IMG/VR virus record: IMGVR_UViG_3300047311_000415
Span: 1-62,146 of that record
Length of the DNA stretch: 62,146 bases
DNA from: a virus
Lineage: Duplodnaviria; Caudoviricetes
Reading direction: 5' to 3' (one strand)
In this document: positions 53,421-60,656 of the stretch, piece after piece
Position numbering within the stretch: position 1 is the first letter of the stretch
Layout of the letters: the number at the start of each line of letters is the position of its first letter
The notes under the pieces: generated by a model
Seen by the model: the letters and a program-made list of their open reading frames with translations, nothing else
Told to the model about the DNA's origin: nothing
The model's database searches: none
Program-made: the position numbers and the translations under genes

Positions 53421-53870
53421 ATGTCTGACAAACCATTATACTACGAAGCTCACGTAACTATTGAGCCAGTATTTGATGATAAGTTAGATAAGTTCATTGC
53501 AATTTGTAAAGCACATAAGTTTTATGTGGCCACCTTACTTATGCAAAAACGAGAAGAGGACACCAAAGAGAGATCGAAATATGACTCTTTTTGCACAAGT
53601 CACGGCCAAGATCAAAACGAATTGAAGAAGAGAATGTTTTCTCTGCTTGATGATTTGAAAGAATCATTCCAAATTTGGAGATACAAGATTGAAATCATTT
53701 CTTTGGATTCGCGCTATAACGACAAAGAATATCCTTTAGACAAATCTAAGTGTCCGGAAAAGGAAAGAAACCCACGTCCTCTTGTTGAAAAAGTATGCGA
53801 ACATCGTTGGGTAATGGACGGCCATAATGCCGGCGATCCCATCTGTTCAAAATGCTACGCCAGAGAATAA
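53421..53870 (+). CDS. hypothetical protein
   Basis: YEAHVTI...RYKIE; C-terminal CEH...CSKC. Confidence 0.75.
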   Translation: MSDKPLYYEAHVTIEPVFDDKLDKFIAICKAHKFYVATLLMQKREEDTKERSKYDSFCTSHGQDQNELKKRMFSLLDDLKESFQIWRYKIEIISLDSRYNDKEYPLDKSKCPEKERNPRPLVEKVCEHRWVMDGHNAGDPICSKCYARE

Positions 53871-53874
53871 TCAA

Positions 53875-54675
53875 ATGCGCAACATCATTCTGTATCGCGG
53901 CTCTGAATTTGAAAAAGAAGAGCTAAGCGAAGCCAATCAACTCTTTGAGTGTACCGATCGTAGACCAGACATCCAAGAGGGTGATCTTGTTATCGGTAGG
54001 TATTCGCTTTGGCCATTCTACGCAGACCAGGCCAAGGATATCGAATATGTTGGCGCTAAGTTGATTAACAACTATCAGCAGCACCGTTACATTTCTGATC
54101 TTCAGAACTATGTAATGGACCTTCGAGAACTGACCCCTCGGACCTGGCGGGACATTACTGACCTTCCAGATAAGGGGTCGTTCATCTTGAAGGGTGAGAC
54201 TAACTCTCGTAAATCCAACTGGAAGAGAGATATGTTCGCACCCGATAAGAAGTCTGCAATCGAGATTTATGCTCGATTGATGGACGATAGCCTAATTGGA
54301 CAGCAGAACATTTACATCCGTCGGTATGAGCCAATGGTTACATACATGGAAGGTGTCAATGGCATTCCAATTACTAAAGAGTTTAGATTCTTCGTTGCCT
54401 ATGGACAGATTCTGAGCGGTGGTTACTATTGGCAGAACTATGTCGATGAGTTGCCGGAAGTGCCGTCTCCAGATGAAGTCCCTCGTGAATTCTTGAATGA
54501 TGTTATCGAGAGAGTGGGCAATCAATCCAACTTCTACACTATTGATGTGGGTCAATCCATCTCAGGTAAGTGGTTTGTGGTTGAATTGAATGAGGGGCAA
54601 CAGGCAGGCTTGTCTTGCAATGACCCGTTCACAATGTATAAGAATCTAGACAAGGCTATCAGAAATCAGAAGTAA
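53875..54675 (+). CDS. ATP-grasp domain protein (DUF4343/R2K-like) 2
   Basis: FILKG..NSRK, EFRFFV, YTIDVG, WFVVELN.GQ.AGL. Confidence 0.8.
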   Translation: MRNIILYRGSEFEKEELSEANQLFECTDRRPDIQEGDLVIGRYSLWPFYADQAKDIEYVGAKLINNYQQHRYISDLQNYVMDLRELTPRTWRDITDLPDKGSFILKGETNSRKSNWKRDMFAPDKKSAIEIYARLMDDSLIGQQNIYIRRYEPMVTYMEGVNGIPITKEFRFFVAYGQILSGGYYWQNYVDELPEVPSPDEVPREFLNDVIERVGNQSNFYTIDVGQSISGKWFVVELNEGQQAGLSCNDPFTMYKNLDKAIRNQK

Positions 54676-55311
54676 TCATTCTTTCTGTTTGGCCATCGGT
54701 CCCGCTGGGTTAGTTTTATCTTCCTGTCCAACTCTAAAGTCCGGAACGGCTGGTACGTTCTGCTCTAAACGAGGTGGAGGCAAGCTAGATTGACCCGGCG
54801 GAACAATTAGAGGGTGTTCTGCCATAATCTTTCTAAGACGAAGCGCCATTTTCTTTAGATCGTCAATGCTAGTAATTTCAGGGTGCTTTAATACTGAGGT
54901 TGGCTTGAAATCAACATTGGTAACTTGAATGTGATTTTTGGCTAAAAAGTTTAGATTTTCCAAAATACTGCTACTTGGCTTGTCCAAAACGTAGTGAACC
55001 AATTTTTCAGCCGCTATATACGGCTTGTTCTTTTTGATCTCTTTAGAGATGTCAATGAGGTTCTGATAGACTTTTGCGAACATTTTGAACATCTTACTAT
55101 CGAAACCTCTCTCTTTTAGGGTAAAGAGGTCCCCTCCCATCCCGCCGATAAGAGCACGTAATTCCCAAGTAAAACGTTCATAAAAGTCAGATAGTCTATT
55201 GCGCTGATCCTGGTACTCTAGATTGTGCGGGGTATTGATAACAGTTCCCTTGCCCTCTTCTGCTAGAGCAATAAACATATCAGCCATTTCTAAGACTTTT
55301 TGATTAGACAT
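54676..55311 (-). CDS. hypothetical protein with N-terminal 'KVLEMADMF' motif
   Basis: 211 aa from MSNQ; AGGGA SD; fills the gap between plus-strand genes. Confidence 0.8.
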   Translation of the reverse strand: MSNQKVLEMADMFIALAEEGKGTVINTPHNLEYQDQRNRLSDFYERFTWELRALIGGMGGDLFTLKERGFDSKMFKMFAKVYQNLIDISKEIKKNKPYIAAEKLVHYVLDKPSSSILENLNFLAKNHIQVTNVDFKPTSVLKHPEITSIDDLKKMALRLRKIMAEHPLIVPPGQSSLPPPRLEQNVPAVPDFRVGQEDKTNPAGPMAKQKE

Positions 55312-55330
55312 TTGGTTCCCTGAGAGTAAT

Positions 55331-55951
55331 ATGAAAATATTCAATACTGTTCAAGAACTATGGAGCTATTGTGAGTATTGCCCCATTTGTGTGCGAAATT
55401 GCCGAGAGGTCTTCGTATCAGTTGGGCCAGACGGAGCATTTACCCAAGTCTATTCTCAAAAGAAAGATAATAATCTATTTTTGCAATGTACCTACAAGAA
55501 CAAGCGATCTATCTATACTGTTGAATATAATATCAACTGTTTAGACAATTCTTTTCTTGTAGAAGTGCCTAATGTGGTAGAATTACCACAAGGCGAAACA
55601 GCCAAGCAACAAAAAGTTAAAGAGGCTTTCTTTTTCTTCTTTGTTGAAGGCATGTGTAAAGAATGTCATTGCGCTTCCGCGCACAGCATGGATTTAGAAC
55701 TCGACATAGTGGATCGTAAAATCTCTAACATTGGATTAGAGCGAGAAAGTTTTTACCTCTTCGAAGGCAAAGACAAGTTTCACGTCTCTCCCATTCATGA
55801 CCGAAACGTCATGCTGGTGAGTCGCTGCTATGAAGAAGGATTAGGCTTCTCTGAAAGTGATAAAACTATCGAGTTGCCCCTGGTTAAACTTGATCTTTCA
55901 GATCAAGAAAAAGCTACTAATAAAATTAAGACACTAATTCTATTTAGTTGA
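55331..55951 (+). CDS. Zn-binding hypothetical protein with C-terminal tail motif (...NKIKTLILFS)
   Basis: CPIC...CKEC; 206 aa. Confidence 0.8.
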   Translation: MKIFNTVQELWSYCEYCPICVRNCREVFVSVGPDGAFTQVYSQKKDNNLFLQCTYKNKRSIYTVEYNINCLDNSFLVEVPNVVELPQGETAKQQKVKEAFFFFFVEGMCKECHCASAHSMDLELDIVDRKISNIGLERESFYLFEGKDKFHVSPIHDRNVMLVSRCYEEGLGFSESDKTIELPLVKLDLSDQEKATNKIKTLILFS

Positions 55952-55960
55952 GAGGAATCC

Positions 55961-56164
55961 ATGTCTACTTTCAGTGATGCAAACCAGGTCCGCCTTGCGT
56001 TAAAAATGAAACTGTCTATGTACTCGTGGTATAGCTCCAGTACTGTCATCTCCACCGATGATGGGTTTGGCGTCATTGTGGGCGTCAAACATATGGACAA
56101 CGGTATTCGGAAACTGGTTCCCCCGGTTGTCGATGGTGTGTCCGTGAAAGCGGAAGTAGAATGA
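55961..56164 (+). CDS. hypothetical protein
   Basis: 67 aa ORF with a GAGGA SD. Confidence 0.75.
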   Translation: MSTFSDANQVRLALKMKLSMYSWYSSSTVISTDDGFGVIVGVKHMDNGIRKLVPPVVDGVSVKAEVE

Positions 56165-56874
56165 AGATTAAGCGTATCTCAGATCAATCTGTTAGGAATT
56201 TCAAAATGCGACTCTGTCATGTTTCAGATACCCACGGCAAGTTTCCTCGACTGTATGGTCGATATGATGCCGTTATCCACACGGGGGATCTGTTTCCTAA
56301 CAGCCATCACGTTTTCTCTGGAAACCGAAACCTTGAGATGGCATACCAGCTCAAGTGGCTTCGTGAGAGTATGGGCGAGATTAAGTCTTGGCTTCAGGGC
56401 CACCCCTTTCTCTATGTCCCTGGCAATCACGATTTTCTTGATTCCAATCTAATGGAATTCGAAATGCGCCAAATTGGTCTGGAAGCATTCAATCTGACGG
56501 ATAAGACGCTTATGTTCAGGGGAGTCAACTTCTATGGTTTCCCCTATGTGCCAGAAATCAACGGCATGTGGAACTATGAGCGCCGGCTCCCGGAGATGCA
56601 GAAGGAAGTCGACAAAATGGTTGCAGTTGTCAACAAAGAATATGTCGATGTTCTGGCTTGCCATGCTCCGCCCTACAAACAACTTGACCTAACGATGGGC
56701 AATGAGATTGTCGGGTGCCAGGTGATGTCTACGGCTCTGGACTACAAAATCAATAAAGATATGATGCCTTCCTATTTCCTGTGTGGACATATCCATGAAG
56801 CTAATGGTATGTCTGTACGCAATGGGATGATGATCAGCAATGCTGCCACCACGCGCCATATCATCGAGGTCTAA
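56161..56874 (+). CDS. calcineurin-like metallophosphoesterase 2
   Basis: SDTHG, HTGD, PGNHD, HAPP, CGHIHE. Confidence 0.92.
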   Translation: MKIKRISDQSVRNFKMRLCHVSDTHGKFPRLYGRYDAVIHTGDLFPNSHHVFSGNRNLEMAYQLKWLRESMGEIKSWLQGHPFLYVPGNHDFLDSNLMEFEMRQIGLEAFNLTDKTLMFRGVNFYGFPYVPEINGMWNYERRLPEMQKEVDKMVAVVNKEYVDVLACHAPPYKQLDLTMGNEIVGCQVMSTALDYKINKDMMPSYFLCGHIHEANGMSVRNGMMISNAATTRHIIEV

Positions 56875-56875
56875 T

Positions 56876-57334
56876 ATGAAAGTCAAACCGAAAGAAGTAT
56901 TAGTTAATCTCCCAGTGGCTCTCCTTTTCGATGAGCCCTGGGAGATTTCCTCCTTTGCCGCCAATATCAATGCCATTCTTCATGGTAAGGTCAGGCTCAA
57001 GGCAGAGGAGCTGGGAACGCTCGGAGGAAGGCACGTAGGGCTGTTTTACCTCCAGCGCAATGGTGAGTCCCAGCAAATCCATGACGAATTTATAAGATTG
57101 ATTGAGCAGGAAGAAGTTGAAGCCGCTGGCGGTACTCCCGAACCTGAATGGATCGATGACGCCCATCCTAGAGATGAAGACAACTATGCTCATGGTCTTT
57201 GCCAAGATTGCTTAGAATATTCTATGCTTCACATAAAAGGTGAAGAGCATTGCCGTTGTGGCGGTCAAATGGACAATGGTGTATGCAAACTACTAGGAAA
57301 GATTAGGAATCCAAAATGCGTAAACACCAAGTAA
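56876..57334 (+). CDS. hypothetical protein with C-terminal Cys cluster
   Basis: GAGG SD; begins MKVKPKE. Confidence 0.7.
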   Translation: MKVKPKEVLVNLPVALLFDEPWEISSFAANINAILHGKVRLKAEELGTLGGRHVGLFYLQRNGESQQIHDEFIRLIEQEEVEAAGGTPEPEWIDDAHPRDEDNYAHGLCQDCLEYSMLHIKGEEHCRCGGQMDNGVCKLLGKIRNPKCVNTK

Positions 57335-57822
57335 CATTCTATAGTCCGGGGACTTTGTTCTCCGAATCATCCAGCCACGATATCGAAAGCTGGGATACCG
57401 TCAAAGCGGTGGAGATGGCTGAGAAGATTCTGGAGCGATACAACGCCAAACCATACGGTTTCGTTTTTGAAACTCTCATTGTAGCTCAGGATGTCCCTGA
57501 TGGCGAGGGCGGAACACTCAGAGTGGAATCCAAGCGTGTTGAAAGGTCAGGAGTTCATTTCCTGGGCGGTAAGCTAGAAACCTACGATGATGTCGTTACC
57601 CGCAATGATGAGAAGGAAAGTATCCTTCGTTCCAATATGCGCGGCAATGAGCAGTGGATTGTTTGTATTAATACCAATAGCTTCCGTTCTACCATGCCTT
57701 TCGATGAGGATGATTGTATTGTGGATGCTAAGGGAATCATTGTTGAACGTGGTAATGATCCTAAATATGTAGCCTATCGAGCTGAACAGCTTGCTAAGCG
57801 TAAGGCTGAGTCAGGTTACTGA
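57316..57822 (+). CDS. hypothetical protein
   Basis: 168 aa; F.SPGT.FSE motif. Confidence 0.8.
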   Translation: MRKHQVTFYSPGTLFSESSSHDIESWDTVKAVEMAEKILERYNAKPYGFVFETLIVAQDVPDGEGGTLRVESKRVERSGVHFLGGKLETYDDVVTRNDEKESILRSNMRGNEQWIVCINTNSFRSTMPFDEDDCIVDAKGIIVERGNDPKYVAYRAEQLAKRKAESGY

Positions 57823-58289
57823 TGATAGTGGCATTTACCGGCCACAGGCCCGACAAACTGGGTGGTTACAAACTTCCCAATGATACATACATCCGTGTGT
57901 GTCAAAAGATTGATACAACTCTCAAAGAGTTTAAGCCAGAGAAAGTAATCACTGGTATGGCTTTGGGGATTGATCAGTGGGCAGCTTCAATTGCTCATAA
58001 GCTTCACATCCCCTTTCTAGCGGCTATTCCTTTTGAAGGTCAAGAGAATGCTTGGCCCGAATCTAGTAGAAAGATTTACCGGATTCTGCGCAAACTGGCT
58101 ACTGAAGAAGTAATTGTCAGTCAGGGCGGGTACTCGGCTGACAAGATGCAGGTTCGCAATATCTGGATGGTTGACAACTGTGATAAGCTCATTGCAGTTT
58201 GGGATGGCACCAAAGGTGGTACGGGTAATTGTATAGAATATGCGAAGTCCGTGAAAAAGGATATTTATTACATTGACCCGCGAGCTTGA
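57822..58289 (+). CDS. SLOG family protein (YspA/DUF1273-like)
   Basis: AFTGHRP, ITGMALG.D.WAA, PF.GQ..W, RN.WMVD, VWDG..GGT. Confidence 0.88.
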   Translation: MIVAFTGHRPDKLGGYKLPNDTYIRVCQKIDTTLKEFKPEKVITGMALGIDQWAASIAHKLHIPFLAAIPFEGQENAWPESSRKIYRILRKLATEEVIVSQGGYSADKMQVRNIWMVDNCDKLIAVWDGTKGGTGNCIEYAKSVKKDIYYIDPRA

Positions 58290-58315
58290 CATGCCAATCT
58301 CCCGGCATTAGATTT

Positions 58316-58438
58316 ATGGCTGAATCAATCGTACAAATGCTTGTTGGCGTGGGAGAATTAGTCCTAATTATGGGCGCTTCTGCGGGGATTATGTTTATTG
58401 TTTGGGCAATTAAGCAATCATTATCTAACAAGCAATAA
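58316..58438 (+). CDS. 40 aa membrane microprotein
   Basis: MAESIVQMLVGVGELVLIMGASAGIMFIVWAIKQSLSNKQ. Confidence 0.45.
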   Translation: MAESIVQMLVGVGELVLIMGASAGIMFIVWAIKQSLSNKQ

Positions 58439-58461
58439 CGTGACATATAGATTACCACATT

Positions 58462-58547
58462 GCCGATGTGGCGGAATGGCAGACGCGGAAGTTTCAAAAA
58501 CTTCTGTCCGCAAGGACGTGTGGGTTCGAGTCCCTCCTTCGGCACCA
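58462..58547 (+). tRNA. tRNA-Leu(CAA)
   Basis: GAAGT-TTCAAAA-ACTTC, variable arm, ends ACCA. Confidence 0.92.
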
Positions 58548-58548
58548 G

Positions 58549-59019
58549 ATGATTCTCCCTATTGATAAGCTCGTCAAAGAGCTAGCGGATTTTAGAGATT
58601 CACACAAGATAGTTGTGACCTCTGGCGGATTTGACCCAGTACACATTGGGCATATACGCTGTATCCAAGAGTCAGCATCCATTGCAACTCCGCACGGAGT
58701 TTTGGTTGTGATAGTCAACGGAGATGGTTTCCTTACTCGTAAGAAGGGAAAACCGTTCATGTTACACCAAGAGCGTATGGAAATCATTGATGCTCTTCGT
58801 GGCGTTGATTATGTCACTGGTTGGGATGATGGAAGTCAAACTGTAGTGGGAGCATTGGCGCTTTTGATGCCCAATGTCTTTACTAAAGGTGGAGATCGTT
58901 CTTCAGCCAATAGAGTCCCTGAAGTTGATATTTGTGAAAAGATCGGTTGCCGTATTTCCTACGGGGTTGGTGGTACCGATAAGATTCAGTCGAGTAGTGA
59001 TCTAATCAAGAATATGTAA
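58549..59019 (+). CDS. HIGH-type nucleotidyltransferase (RfaE-II/TagD-like cytidylyltransferase)
   Basis: SGGFDPVHIGH, VNGD..L.RKKG.P, ER.EI...L..VD, KGGD, SSS. Confidence 0.88.
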   Translation: MILPIDKLVKELADFRDSHKIVVTSGGFDPVHIGHIRCIQESASIATPHGVLVVIVNGDGFLTRKKGKPFMLHQERMEIIDALRGVDYVTGWDDGSQTVVGALALLMPNVFTKGGDRSSANRVPEVDICEKIGCRISYGVGGTDKIQSSSDLIKNM

Positions 59020-59024
59020 GAGCT

Positions 59025-59486
59025 ATGAATCTAAAAAATTTGTTGACCTTGACGGTTCGTACTGTAGACTTTAACTTAGTTGCGCGCCAGCCAGAGCTGT
59101 TGGCAGAACTAAGGAAATTGACGCTCTCTCCATACTCTGGATTGAACCATGAACTCAATCGGATGTTGAGTGATGTAGAAACTCGTTCGGTCAATTGCCA
59201 AGTGCTTTTGGCTTATCGGTTCCGCAAGTTAGTGGGTTGGGGTATTCTTTCCAAAGAAACTACCGATTACAATTTCTCTCGGTCTGATACGGGGTTTGAT
59301 GCCGAAAATGGTATGATGTTTCAGGTTTTCGTGGATCCTACTTATCGGCGGCAGGGAATTGCCTCTGAAATCTATAAGAAGGCTCAAGAGTTAACAAATA
59401 GTGAAATTCTTCATGTTTGTCCTTGGGATAATAGAAGTACAAGTTTTTACTTGAAGACTTCGCAAGTGCAAACAAAATGGCTGTAA
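59025..59486 (+). CDS. GNAT acetyltransferase
   Basis: FVDP.YRRQGIAS motif A. Confidence 0.85.
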   Translation: MNLKNLLTLTVRTVDFNLVARQPELLAELRKLTLSPYSGLNHELNRMLSDVETRSVNCQVLLAYRFRKLVGWGILSKETTDYNFSRSDTGFDAENGMMFQVFVDPTYRRQGIASEIYKKAQELTNSEILHVCPWDNRSTSFYLKTSQVQTKWL

Positions 59487-59518
59487 AATCAGGTAATAAC
59501 TTGATATATACAGCATAC

Positions 59519-59602
59519 GCGATCGTGGCGGAATGGCAGACGCGCTGGTCTTAGAAGCCAGTGCCGAAAGGCGTGAGGGTTCGAGTCCCTCCGATCGCAC
59601 CA
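59519..59602 (+). tRNA. tRNA-Leu(TAG)
   Basis: CTGGT-CTTAGAA-GCCAG, variable arm, ends ACCA. Confidence 0.95.
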
Positions 59603-59605
59603 TAT

Positions 59606-59682
59606 GCTCAGGTGACGGAATTGGCATACGTACGAGTCTCAGAAACTCGGTTTTGAGGGTTCGACTCCCTTCTTGAGCACCA
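59606..59682 (+). tRNA. tRNA-Leu(CAG) lacking the long variable arm
   Basis: CGAGT-CTCAGAA-ACTCG, 5-nt variable loop, ends ACCA. Confidence 0.9.
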
Positions 59683-59683
59683 A

Positions 59684-59938
59684 ATGATTAAGTTATCAAA
59701 AGCAATTGTAATAGCTAATACAAGTGAAGAACTAGTTGCTTTAGAGGAACTGTTAGCCACTTCATATCCAGAGTTTATCTTTTCTATTGAAGATAACGTT
59801 GGAGAAGAGAAGGAAACGTTCCCATTCAGATTGCTAGTCGAGATAGACAATAGCGTTCCTGATATGACGATTCCTTCAATGCCAGAGTTTTTCATTTTAC
59901 TTATGGCTAAGATTGATAAGCTAAATCAAACGACATAA
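59684..59938 (+). CDS. hypothetical protein
   Basis: 84 aa ORF between tRNA genes. Confidence 0.65.
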   Translation: MIKLSKAIVIANTSEELVALEELLATSYPEFIFSIEDNVGEEKETFPFRLLVEIDNSVPDMTIPSMPEFFILLMAKIDKLNQTT

Positions 59939-59940
59939 TT

Positions 59941-60027
59941 GTCATCGTGGTGGAATGGTATACACACTAGGCTGAGAACCTAGGTCCCTAACGGGACGTG
60001 AGGGTTCGAGTCCCTCCGATGACACCA
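59941..60027 (+). tRNA. tRNA-Leu(GAG)
   Basis: CTAGG-CTGAGAA-CCTAG, variable arm, ends ACCA. Confidence 0.95.
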
Positions 60028-60029
60028 AT

Positions 60030-60656
60030 ATGGGTAAGTATATTCCTATTCACAAACGCTCGATACATGAGCAGATTTGTCATCAAGAAGATTTACATTT
60101 CTTTAAAGAGATACGAAAAATAATCCCAAAGGAAGACGAAGTTATGGAACTGAGTTTGCATCAGTGTGTTTTCGGTCCAGTTCTGATTGGTTCCGATGAT
60201 CAGGGACGTTTAGTCTCTGTAGAATTCGGTACTGATGTTGAGGATTGCTATCGCAATTTCATCAACACTTGGGGACATAAGGGCAACGATTATAACACAT
60301 CAGTTTCGGTTGAACCCCGCAAGAATGTGCAGATTGTGGATAAGGTTCTCAATTCCATCAACACTGGGATTATTGATCCTTCGGTTGAAATCAACCTACA
60401 CAAACTCGGCACCTATTTTCAGCGACAAGTATGGGAAGGCATCAAAGCCATCCCCTATGGCGAGACGATGAGCTACCAGCAATTAGCTGTTGCAATCAAA
60501 CGCCCCAACTCCACACGAGCAATTGGAAATGCTTGTGGCATGAATCCAATTGGCATTTTCGTTCCATGTCATCGAGTTATTCGAGCCGATGGTAAAAATG
60601 GTGGCTATAGATGGGGCGATGATATCAAAGCTAAGTTGCTAAATCGAGAGGTTTAA
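60030..60656 (+). CDS. ogt: methylated-DNA--protein-cysteine methyltransferase
   Basis: GT.FQ..VW....IPYG.T.SY, RAIG.A...NP....VPCHRV; start uncertain. Confidence 0.92.
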   Translation: MGKYIPIHKRSIHEQICHQEDLHFFKEIRKIIPKEDEVMELSLHQCVFGPVLIGSDDQGRLVSVEFGTDVEDCYRNFINTWGHKGNDYNTSVSVEPRKNVQIVDKVLNSINTGIIDPSVEINLHKLGTYFQRQVWEGIKAIPYGETMSYQQLAVAIKRPNSTRAIGNACGMNPIGIFVPCHRVIRADGKNGGYRWGDDIKAKLLNREV

